Positions 11,933 through 31,227 of a stretch of DNA of 64,000 nucleotides are shown piece by piece. Below the pieces are notes generated by a model. That model worked only from the letters and a program-made list of their open reading frames with translations, ran no database searches and was not told the origin of the DNA. Origin of the DNA: Phoronis australis. Its lineage: Eukaryota; Animalia; Phoronida. Each line of letters begins with the position of its first letter. Positions within the stretch are counted from its first letter, which is position 1. The DNA is taken from assembly GCA_002633005.1 (NCBI GenBank), contig NMRA01000097.1:84978-148977 (forward strand), in the 5' to 3' direction. The position numbers and the translations under genes are program-made.

Positions 11933-14900
11933 ATGGAGGTCAACGACACTAACATCTTTTCTTCATCTACTTCTGTTAAGTCCTCTCAGTCCGTTACATC
12001 CTCTCAGTCCGTCAAGTCCTCTCGGTCCGTCAAGTCCTCTCGGTCCATCAAGTCTTCTCAGTCAGTACCAAACCCTGCTAGATTAGATGAAGATGGCATC
12101 AGCTTCAGAAGTCACAGGGGAAACTTGGCCAGCATTCCAGCATCTGTGCGTAGCAGCCAGTACTTCTCTACTGGTACTTACATCAGCAGCGTTTGCCCCC
12201 CAGAGACCTGTTGGGTGTCAGAAAATTTCTCTGAATTTCTGGAGTCCGCCTTCTCGGAGGGAAGTCTCAGCATTCCCCACTGGGAGGACAGTGACAACGA
12301 GGATGAGTTTAAGTCAGAATCTGAGTTCAAGGAAGACAATAATGATCATAGTCTTAGTGCAGATGTTGATAAAGATCGTCCTCTGTTTACAAGCTGGCAC
12401 GCAATAAGTGCAGAAAATCGGTTTATTGTTATACCACGACCTAATGAAGATGGCCTAGACAGTGGCAGAAAAGAAACAGAGCCTGGAGACCTAAAGACAG
12501 GTGCTGTTCAGACTGTTTGTGAGTATGACAGTGTACAGAGCAATTCAAGCACCAAAGAACTTCTGGCTAGTGCAGCGCGTAAAATTGCATCCAGTGATTC
12601 AGCTTATGACAGTGTTCAGAGCTCTTCAAGTACACGTGGTCTTTTGGCGAGTGCTGCTCGGAAGTTTGTTCTTAGGTCAAAAGGCCCGTCACAGTACACA
12701 GTGAAGCCAAACGATGAAGCTAAACACCACATGAGAAAGTCATTGAAGAATCTCGCTGCCCTCTGTGTTGGTTACTCCCTGTCATTTTTGGCTTTCTTTG
12801 CATTAAGAAACATCCAAAGCAGTCTTAGCTCGGACAGCAGTCTTATCATGCTATCTCTGTCCATAGTCTACTGCACGTTTGTTGTATCCTGCATCTTTTC
12901 CCGTTTGGTAGTCGAGAAGTTAGGCTGTAAGTATACCATCATGGCTGGCCAATTGGGAATTGCCGTTTACACTGTGTGCAATTTCTACCCAGTTGCTTAC
13001 ATTGTCATCCCAGCATCAGTCTTAGTTGGATTTTGTTTTCCTAATCTGTGGGTTGCTCATGGATTGTACCTAACTGGGCTGGCCACAACTCATTGTAGCT
13101 GGTCTGGTAAATCGAAGGCAAATACCATCAGGCGTTTCAATGGAGTTTTCTTCACTGTTTGGCATATAATTGGAGTCCTTGGAAATTTAGCGACGTCCCT
13201 GATCTTTTATCCTGGAGAGTCTGCTGGAATATCGTCAAATGAGAGTGTCTTATTTTCGTTGACAATGTACCAATCAATAAACTTCCGTAATAGATCTTTG
13301 GATATTATTTCGACAAATTATGGTGGCAATTTCAAGGTTTCTCCATTGTCTAGCACCAATTTCACCAATATTAGTTTGTGTGGTGCTAAATTTTGTCATC
13401 ACTATGGTGTCGAGGACAGCTCTGGTGATACAAAAGATCCAGCAACTGTGAAAATATTCCTTGGAGTCTTTCTAGGCATTTGTTTGTGTGGCTTGGCGGT
13501 TGTTTGGGGTTTTCTGGATAATACTCTGGTCAAGACAGGTGAAGGCTCCAGTACTCTTAAGCAGAAGATGATTGGCCTCTTCAGACATCTGAAAGACAAG
13601 CGCGCTCTGTTGCTGTTGGCACTTGTATTTTACCTTGGTGTTCAGCAAGTATTCATTTATGGAGAACTAACAAAAGTGAGTTAAATTTAATTAAGTAGAA
13701 GCGTGTACAATTGTTGTACGATTATGTGGGAGTTTGTAGACAAGTTTGTATATTGAGCCAAATATCTGCAAAACTATAGATTTTAATTCAGCATTTTCTG
13801 AGAGTAGAAGCCAGTAAAGTTTATTTTTGGCCAATCTGCCATTAATTGGGTCTGCATGTGAGCATGACTTTTTAGTAAAATTTAGTGAAAACAGAATTCA
13901 AAGCAAAGCAATGGTGTCATTAAATTTAATTTTATTTAAATGATCAAGATGAAATCTCAAAATGCTGCTCCAGTATTTCTAAGTTATCATTTTTCTTTCC
14001 TTTTATGCAACTGTTTAAATTTTTGTAAGAATTAATGGTCGTATTTTTGATAGCTCTTCATGAAATAGTGGAACAGTTCCTAACCGTGTTTTGGAGAACA
14101 GTGTGCAAAGCGTAGTCATATTTGAAGGTTTCACATGAATCCCGTCATCCATTTCTGAAACGTTATTTTCCAAAGTTCGCAAAATTTAGACATTTTGTAG
14201 GGTGCTACCTAATCTTAATACAAAATTTGCAGGGCACATTTGCCAGAATTGTATTTTAGTTTTGTTCCAGTTACTAGGCACTTGTTTGAACAGAGCAGAA
14301 CCACATTAAACAACAATCACTGGTTGAAAAGTATCCCGAGGCAGATTTTTCAGTGAAGCTGTTCTAATATATCATCCATTGACTTGTCTGTCACAAATTT
14401 AATGCAAAAGCAATGGAAATTTCGGAACAAGGGCTGTTGCGTGCTCTTTCTGGAACTATTGCACCAACCTGACATCTGAAAGTTCCTGCTGGTGGTTCCT
14501 CTGTTGTATCATATGGTTGGAATGTACTGCAAACCATTGCTGGAGATTTTTTGAAACTTTCCTTTTTGCTATCTCTGGTACTATCAGCCTTCGGCTTTTG
14601 CTAATTTATTCGCTGATATCTTTTCAGGCATTTGTTACCTGTCCCTATGGTATGTACAAGATTGGCTTCTTGATGATTTCTCATGGTTTGTTTGACGCCA
14701 TCAGCTGTCTTCTTGCCAGTCATTTGCAGAGACACTTGGGCAGAGCTGTTGTGTGCTCTATAGGTAAATTAAATTATGCCACATGACTCCCATATTCAGC
14801 TAAATTTCCAACTCGGAATTTTCAAAATTTTGCTCTTAGGCTACTGCAAGCTTGTGTTCCATCAAAGAAACTTTTGATTGACACTGCCATAAAACTGGTA

Positions 14901-16882
14901 TCAACTTGCGTCTTGTACTCAGTTGAGAAGTGCATGATTTCTGGGCTTCAGAAAGAGCGGACAGTCTGTTATTGTTTGAGACGGTACTTGGCGCTTAAGA
15001 TGACCTGTTCGGACAATACATTATAGTGAGCCTGATCTCGAATAACAACTCGCTGTCAAGTGTTCACAAGCCCAAAATCATTAATTATAGTTTAAGTAAT
15101 TTAGGAACAATGTGAGATCAGTCCAATAACATGAAATAGTGTGAACCATGAGTTGTTTGTAACAGAAGGGAATGGGTTATAGAATGAAGCTGCGTAATTG
15201 GTCTGATCCTACTGTTGTAATCATTTCTTTATCGAACTACGATAAAATCTTGCCAAATTCGGACAAAAGTAATCGGCAAAAATGCACTTTTTTCATTTTT
15301 CTACGGCTTCTAACCTCGTTGTCATTGCCCACAAATTTTTTAAACTTTGTTTGATGGTAGTTGTGGTACAAAACTTGAACATGGAAAATCATTTAATTTG
15401 GTGCTACATATATTTCCTGGAAAAATGGCGCAACAAAATTTCACCTGTCGGCTATATTTTGTCCCAAGTTGGTGAGATTTTGCCGTATCTCACAATGTGT
15501 ACACTCCTTTGAAATAAAGTTAAACCCTTGTACAATTTCTTTCATAATAACTTTATTGGAAACAATAAAGTCACCTACACTAATAATTGACCTGTTGCAA
15601 GGATTTTGAGTGGCGGCTTAACTGACCCATCAGAACTCTGCATTCTTGACACCTTCGTTTTCTAGCTGCCATTTTATCTGACAAACAACACATTGTCAGG
15701 TAAACTTATTTGTTTGTTGACTTTTCGTAGAGGGGTGGAGCTTGCAATAGGTCAATTAGTCCAATGGATCACAGTCAACAGCTGAGAATCTTGTTACAAT
15801 CTTGTACAAAGAAAATGAAGAATTATTGAATTCATCATTTTGTCTGTCCCATTTACAGCTGCCGTTATGAACCTGAGTGTGCTATTAACTGCACTGTTTT
15901 GGCCTCCCACTGTGGACCAGGAATACGTCGTGTATATAATGGCAGCCTTATGGGGCCTGGCTGATGGAATATGGGGGACAATGGTGAACAGTGAGTGTCT
16001 CACCGAGGGCCTTCTTATGAAAGGTCAAATGTTCAGTCTTTGATACACGGTTCATTAACAGGACTCGTGAAGAGGGTGGTTAGCTTAACATTAATTGATC
16101 TTGTGAAAAATGCTGTGTTGCATTTTCAAGAACATGCCTACATTAGCTATGGATGGAGTTGTGCCCTTTGATAAAATGGATCCTTCCGGGTGTATAAGCT
16201 CAACTTAACCTACTACCACACCAGTCCAGATATAAGCCAATTGCCCTAATGTTGTGTTGTGATCACATATTGTACAAGCCATAATGCTCTACTATAAGCC
16301 CACTCCTCTTATCACTAAGTATATATTGAATACAATTGACCCCTTCTCTCTTGCTAGGAGGGCCAACACAAACTGCGTTGGCAAAGCAAGTCTAAACGGT
16401 GTGTGTCAATTACAAGAATATACCAGAAATCCTCCGAAGCATTTGGGACTCGTGTATAGCATATGAATCGGGGGTTTCTTCCAAGTAATTGAGGATTATG
16501 CGTACGATTGTCTGGTATCCTTGTGTTCTAGCTTGTAGACTATCATACATGTCTCTGAGTTCAGAAGAGCCTTAAATGGATTTTTCTATAGAATGTTCTT
16601 ATTTCCAATATAAAAACTGCTTAAAAAATGAAATTTTATTTCACAGGTATGGTTGGCATTCTCTTCATGGACACAATGAAATCTGCGTTTGCCAGCACAC
16701 GACAAATGATTGCCCTGGGATCTGCCGTAGCATTCGCCTACAGCCAGTATTTGTGTATGACGGCCAAGATAGGCATCTCAATGGGAATTCTAGTGGTGGC
16801 TGTGGCCGGTTATGGGTTGTTGGAACTGAAGCTTACCAGGGAGGCAAAGGTGCCTTTGCAAGGAAAGACAACGTACATTTAG
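11933..16882 (+). CDS. UNC-93-family (MFS-like) multipass membrane protein, ~748 aa, with ~260-aa Ser-rich N-terminal extension
   Basis: Exons 11933-13675, 14628-14763, 15859-15990, 16647-16882 (GT-AG, phases 0/1/1). UNC-93 motifs KNLAAL..F.AFFALRNIQSSL, KLGCKYT, NFYP, RFNGVFF, GNL, CGAKFC, YGELTKAFVTC.YG, ALWGLADGIW. Confidence 0.88.
11965..12066 (+). repeat. Coding 18-bp tandem repeat (SS[QR]SV[KT]) x5-6
   Basis: Repeated aagtcctctcggtccgtc-like units within the UNC93-like ORF. Confidence 0.8.
15584..15758. mobile_element. MITE, copy 1
   Basis: TIR taattgacctgttgcaag / cttgcaataggtcaatta. Homologous over its length to 28824-29004. Confidence 0.75.
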
Positions 16883-17504
16883 GTGATTTAGGTGGATTTC
16901 TCAAGTGGGGGCACTCATTTGTATTTTTAATGCGGCTAATAATGTTAATGAAATTCGCAGTTTTTGAGCTTGATCTTATTTCTTGCAAAATGGTAATCTT
17001 TAATTTATATATTAATTCCTATACTTGGCTTATTTCAGAGGCAATGTCTTCAAAATGATCCATGTGTTCAGATTATTCTGTCGGGTAAGAGATGTTGGCA
17101 TATTCAGCAAAAGTCCATTCGCAAAAGCAACTTATAGCTAAGCTTAGTAATTGCAGTTTCAATGTAGTTGAAACCATTCAGGGCTGCAAAAACTTGAGTC
17201 CTTAAATGTTGTCTGTTGATGGGTTTCTAAAAGTCCAAGAATGTTCCAGAATTTTCCGTCACAAGCTTAAATCCAAGGGATGAAATAATTTGTCATGAAA
17301 CAATGCTGACACAATGAGCAAAAATTCATCTAATTCTCTTGGTACGAAACAAATATAGTGCAGGCTGCCTGATATACACGTTGCACTGAGCTCTTACATC
17401 CATTTTTCATTTATTATACTATAATCATAACGTTTATATAAAAATATACAAAAATTAAAACCAAGCTAAGGAGCTAGATACCTGACTCAAGGGTCTAGTT
17501 GTGA

Positions 17505-17580
17505 GGTCCAGTTGGATTCAAACCTGCAATCTTGTGAACAGGATGCAGATACTCTGCCCACTAGGTCTCATTGCCTCCTC
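17505..17580 (-). mobile_element. Degenerate tRNA-derived SINE head
   Basis: Minus strand has A-box-like gacctagtggg and B-box ggtttgaatcc. A similar degenerate head lies at ~27270-27325. Confidence 0.4.
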
Positions 17581-18209
17581 AGTTTTGTACAAAAGATAAG
17601 GGGGTTGTTTATGGCAGCTGACTGTGCTGAGCTGAGGTTGCCAACTGCCTTCAACACACAAAAGGATTGCACGTCACTGCCAACAGGTGATGACAGTGTT
17701 ATTGTCATTAGAAGCTTTCTACGGAAACTTTGCTGCATGGGATTTTATGGCTATTCCATTTTTGATCCGTACATGTTACAATGAAATGTACAGTGTAATA
17801 GTCATTTTTGATATCGCCATGGTATACTGAGATAAGCTGTGTTGCTAATATTTGTAGAAACGCATGTAACGTCACCTATGGTTCATGTTTGCTTGGGGGT
17901 AGTTTTAAAGCAGTAGAATTCTTTGAATATTATTAGACTCATGGAGGGGATGTATCAGTTATTTTCTCAAGATATTTGTTCGTTGTGAAATATTCATGAT
18001 CAAAGAAATTGTTTTGCCCTCTTGAATTTGGTGCTTTTTGACCGTCAGAATTAGAAACTGGGTTGAGCAAAATTCTCTGCCATCGGTTGTCTGTCATAGT
18101 TATGTCAGTAAGCATTTTAACATATAGAGTACCTCTTAATTGTTACTTCAACCATTGTGCAAGGTTGTAAACATATTAACTTGATGTTTAATTTGAGGTT
18201 TTGTTCTCA

Positions 18210-19674
18210 TTATGCGCCCACATATTTATATGTGGACGCATTATGCCGTCATCTCTGTCCGTCCGTCCGTCCGTCCGTCCGGGCGGCGTCCGTCCGGCGT
18301 CCGCTGCTCTATCTCCAAAACCCTTTGACATACGTTCATGAAATTTGGCACATATGTTCCATTCATGAATGGGACGGCATGTGCGAACTTTCGGACGGAT
18401 CCGACTACCGGTGTGCCCCCTAGTGGCAATTTTAGTTTTTTACGCTTACCTTTGTATCTTCAAAAGTCCTGAACGGATTTTCATGAAATTTGGTATGTAG
18501 GCACCTANNNNNNNNNNNNNNNNNNNNNNNNNNNNNNNNNNNNNNNNNNNNNNNNNNNNNNNNNNNNNNNNNNNNNNNNNNNNNNNNNNNNNNNNNNNNN
18601 NNNNNNNNNNNNNNNNNNNNNNNNNNNNNNNNNNNNNNNNNNNNNNNNNNNNNNNNNNNNNNNNNNNNNNNNNNNNNNNNNNNNNNNNNNNNNNNNNNNN
18701 NNNNNNNNNNNNNNNNNNNNNNNNNNNNNNNNNNNNNNNNNNNNNNNNNNNNNNNNNNNNNNNNNNNNNNNNNNNNNNNNNNNNNNNNNNNNNNNNNNNN
18801 NNNNNNNNNNNNNNNNNNNNNNNNNNNNNNNNNNNNNNNNNNNNNNNNNNNNNNNNNNNNNNNNNNNNNNNNNNNNNNNNNNNNNNNNNNNNNNNNNNNN
18901 NNNNNNNNNNNNNNNNNNNNNNNNNNNNNNNNNNNNNNNNNNNNNNNNNNNNNNNNNNNNNNNNNNNNNNNNNNNNNNNNNNNNNNNNNNNNNNNNNNNN
19001 NNNNNNNNNNNNNNNNNNNNNNNNNNNNNNNNNNNNNNNNNNNNNNNNNNNNNNNNNNNNNNNNNNNNNNNNNNNNNNNNNNNNNNNNNNNNNNNNNNNN
19101 NNNNNNNNNNNNNNNNNNNNNNNNNNNNNNNNNNNNNNNNNNNNNNNNNNNNNNNNNNNNNNNNNNNNNNNNNNNNNNNNNNNNNNNNNNNNNNNNNNNN
19201 NNNNNNNNNNNNNNNNNNNNNNNNNNNNNNNNNNNNNNNNNNNNNNNNNNNNNNNNNNNNNNNNNNNNNNNNNNNNNNNNNNNNNNNNNNNNNNNNNNNN
19301 NNNNNNNNNNNNNNNNNNNNNNNNNNNNNNNNTTCAGGTGTATACTTTGTGTTACTTCGTGACTGTGAAGGAAAAGTTCCAAGTAGAAATTTGTTTCTGG
19401 CATTCTAATGCTGTGCTAATCTCGTATGTTGGTAAATTTGTTTTTAATTCTATGTTTCTGTGGTGCTTTAAGCAACTGGTGTATAGGATGTGCTTGTATT
19501 ATGAAGATTACTCACATTTTGCCCCTAGCCTATTGAGAAGACAATGACCATGCCTTTCCATTTTGCAAAGTACGCCCTCTACTGTCCACTTTATGGTACC
19601 AATAAACAACCCTAGAAGGATACCGTATGCGGTGCAATTGTGGGCGCATTTCAACGCTCCGCGTTGCTCTTGTT
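18210..19674 (+). mobile_element. HINE, second copy of the 4098-5868 family (interior lost in N gap)
   Basis: atgcgcccaca (18212-22) pairs with both tgtggacgcat (18231-41) and the 3' subTIR tgtgggcgcat (19639-49). (GTCC)n microsatellite, 3' stem-loop caacgc-tcc-gcgttg, end ctcttgtt. Confidence 0.8.
18508..19332. other. Assembly gap (N run)
   Basis: 825 consecutive N. Probably the unresolved tandem array of the HINE (inference). Confidence 0.98.
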
Positions 19675-22600
19675 ATATTTAAGCTGACTTCTGATGAAAG
19701 AAGGTTATGACCTTTTACAGATCTGTACTAACGTTGAAGTGATTTTGTTTTGGCAGTGGCCAAAAGTACTAGGTATTGATTGAAAAATTGAACTTTATGA
19801 ATTCAGTTCCATTAAAACTCACAGTAGACGAGTGTCACCATCTTTCCTTAGCTGGGGCCAAGTTCCCTGTTAGGGTTGTAAAAGTTAGCACCCTGCCCTT
19901 CAGAAAAGTTGTGTTTCGCCTCTCATTTATGCAAGTTTTAATGTAGCTCTCAAGGATTTGTAATAGACGCGACAGTGTTCAGTTTTGTTTGAATTTGAAT
20001 GACTTGCATTTAGCTTTTGAGTCGGTCTGGTACTTTGTGTTGTGCGCGTTGTTTTCGTGATGTTGGTTTTGTTTTCTGTTATAATTTAATCTCTTTACAG
20101 TTTTGTTATTAGGTCCTTTATACCTAGACGAGTGAAACCGCTACTTTAAACAGGCTTAGCTTTGTTAGTTTTACTTTTTATTCTATGTATATTTAAGAAT
20201 TATTTACACGCTGAATTTAATATTGTGCATTTTATAAGCAGAATTTGTGTACAGTTCTTGCACATTTACAGATATTATTTATTCAGAATACTCTATGTAA
20301 ACTCTATTTACAAAACTATTAATTTTATAACCATTTATTCTCCTTAGCTTCTTTTGCGACCAAAATTTACCCAACCTTTTAGGGTTGTTTTGTTAACATT
20401 TTGTAGCTATGATTTAGTTTTGTTCCGTTGATTGTTGCTTGTATACCATGTTGTTCATGAATAAATAAATCCGGAGAATTCGGCACTTTTTTGATATCCA
20501 TTACATGGTAGTAGCAAGCCTGAACGATCTTAGACGAGAAAAGTTATTTGATGCTACTTAATAAGGACATTATGGGTTTTATTGCCGAAAAATGAATTTT
20601 TGGTATTGTTGGGTGGGATAGACTTCTTGAATTAGATATAAAACAACAAAATCTGTTTTGTTTTCTTTTACGATTTCATGGCAAATCAAGCAATACTCAC
20701 CATTGTCTGCTAGACACTTGTTGAAATCGAAGTCAGTTTCTTAAGCTTACAAACACCCTTCAAGTACTGTTACAGTAGTTCATGTATCCTATTGGGCTTG
20801 GGCATACAGCATTTACGTGATGTTGCAGAGTTGGTGGGTTCGCCTGAGCACAACTAATAATTAATTCTCTTGCCAAGAATGTCCCTTCAAAATACACTCG
20901 AATATTCTGCCATTTTATGAGTTGGATTTACCAAGCGCTTGACCGCGACTAAAGATTTCTGGTTTGCGCAATCAGTGATGTTGCTAATTTTAGAATAATA
21001 CTTTCCTCGCACATAATCCCTCTTTACCAAAAATAGCAATCCTGATCGTCTCAGAAAATCATTTTTCATTACTGACTACTGTGTCCCTGGCTCTTGGCAA
21101 CATAAAAAAATAACGGCCCAGCGAAAGGCCAAGGCGTCTTCAGTGTGCTTTCACTACCACTGAAGCATATACACGATGATTGACGGAGACTGTGTTCAGT
21201 AGTCAGTAGCCAGAGTGTAGTCACAGTGTTGCCTCAGTAGAAGTGAACACAGAGCATGCAGGCCTGTCGCTGGGTCGTCTGCCTCGCTTTTCCACCTGTT
21301 GCCAAGGGCATGCATAACTGAGAATGACCATAAAGAAATTTTTAATTTGCATTATGATTTATTGGAAAAAATAAAACAAGTTTAGTCAGTGTAAGACAGT
21401 TTTGGCACGGTAAACCCTCCGACACTTCAACTTGATGTTAAATCTTAGTTCTGAAGATAAATATTTTTGAAGTGATCTGAAAGCACACAGTCTGGTTTCA
21501 ATTGTTTAAGCTAGACAGAACATAAATAATTTTTTGCACTCAGTGAGCATATATCAGGGAAATTTTTCACAAATACGCCAGAGGCTATACATTTCTGAAA
21601 AATGTGCACAGATGAATCCTCAACTTTACCCAGCTAAGTAGGAAATCAATGCAAAAAACGAGAGTAATAATCAAACTATCTGTGAGGACAGGCATGCATT
21701 AACAATGTTATGCATCAGCTCTCTGGGTTGCAATTTACCAGACTTCTACAATATCGCTACACCCGAGTGAATATTCATCCCTTCCAAACATACGTGGGCA
21801 TATACTTTGATTCGACTTATGGTTCCTAACTCTGCCGCTAATTTGTGCAGAATTAGCTACACAGGTTACAAACATGGTAGATACCAACCAGGTTGACGGA
21901 GCTCCACAATGATGGGAAAAATGAGATTTAACTTTGTAACAAGGGTTGATGAAGCACAAATAGCAGAACTAAAAAGTGTTTGCATAAGTCAAGGAATTTG
22001 TCAGAAAGAAAAACTGTTACTTTTACCGAAATTCTGATGACTCATTACTTTGTTTGTGTAAGATTGCAAAGAACACTTTTGCTCAGGTCAGCATAAATGT
22101 CAAATTAACAAAAACATTTAAAATATTCACAATTTGAAATGAGAAGTGAAACATTTTCGTGGTTCCGATGAAATATGGTAATTTTATTTATATACACGGA
22201 CCAATACAACGCAAAATGAAAGTTTCTGCAACATAAACACAACATACCTTCTTAACCTTAGAAAATGAGGAGCAGTGGATAATCAGCACTTAATTTCAAC
22301 AAACTAAACATTTTTGAATCAGTCGACCATTAAATAAGTGGACCAGCAATGAATAATCGGCCTAGTCACATTCAGGAAGCTGGTCCCGAGTACAATTAGC
22401 CAGTTACAGAACCGATTTCTTCAACTAAGCACAATAAAAATCCGGCAACAACTTTATCTTGTCTCCTTTTAGCAATACACTTAAAAACGAATCTCCGGCT
22501 CAAGCACTGACACAAAGTAGGTAAATGCTACGAACAGGCCTGCAATGAATAATTTTTAAAAGTAGTATAATATTAGCTTAAATTAAATTCCAAAATCGCA

Positions 22601-23132
22601 AGTGGTGGCAGGGAGGAAACCGCGAAATACATCCAACGCAACACTTTTGAATGAAATAATAATATATTAACAAGAATATATTATACAAAACTTCTACCAA
22701 GCTTGCTCTGTTTGATCATCAGATTATATACATTGAATTAACTTACACATTCAACGGGAGACTTTCACAATGAAAGAGTGAGTAATCACATAAGACCAAC
22801 GACTAATGCCCTTTACAAGTGACGATCAAGCCCAAGTGCAAAATGATGCGAGTGTAACGCCTATAAGTAGAGAGCATAGTACACCCATCACAAACGCCTA
22901 CTCAAGCAGAAAGGTAAACTGAGCCCAAATCGAGTAGACAGCACTGGCAACAATGTTATGGACTACCCCCCACTACTTTAGTTGTGTTTTAACTTAAATC
23001 ATGACATCAGTCAGAGAGCACTGCGATACCATCCCAAAACTATGACTCAAACATTCAGGAAACGCAATGTCCCAGGTCTATATCACCACTGTTAACAATT
23101 CAGTGTATGTATCACCATCAAAATGATTTCCT

Positions 23133-30832
<7,700 letters not shown>

Positions 30833-31012
30833 GAATGAGTTTCCTTAAATTATTTCAGTCGTGTCTGTGATGTCAAGTCTTTTTGCATACATGCAAACCT
30901 CACAGACAAAAATTACAGAGATTTCGCCAGCGATTCTCAGTCAGATCTCTACAAATGGCGCTTGCTTCTGATGACGTCACGGTCATATGAGGAAGTGAGG
31001 AACAGTGCACAG
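30833..31012. promoter_or_regulatory. Bidirectional RAB21/TBC1D15 promoter and first non-coding TBC1D15 exon
   Basis: YY1-type aaatggcg (30953-60), CRE tgacgtca (30972-79), ETS ggaagt (30991-96), donor cag|gtagga at 31012/13. The two ATGs are ~400 bp apart. Confidence 0.65.
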
Positions 31013-31227
31013 GTAGGATAATTTAGTTTTTTATTATATAGTTAAATATTATTGAAAAAAAAAGTTTGATGGAGTAGCTTAAATAAATAATTTTACATTT
31101 TATGCAATTTAATGGAAGTTCAATTTTACTCAGCAATTTTGAACATACTTAGAAGTAGTTAACGGTTTAATAACTTATTAGTCAAAACTGACCTTTTAAG
31201 CAGTAAATATATACGGATACGGCGGAT

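Noticed and set aside
18432-19403. Long ORFs of 290-323 aa
   Set aside because: Artefacts of the N gap.
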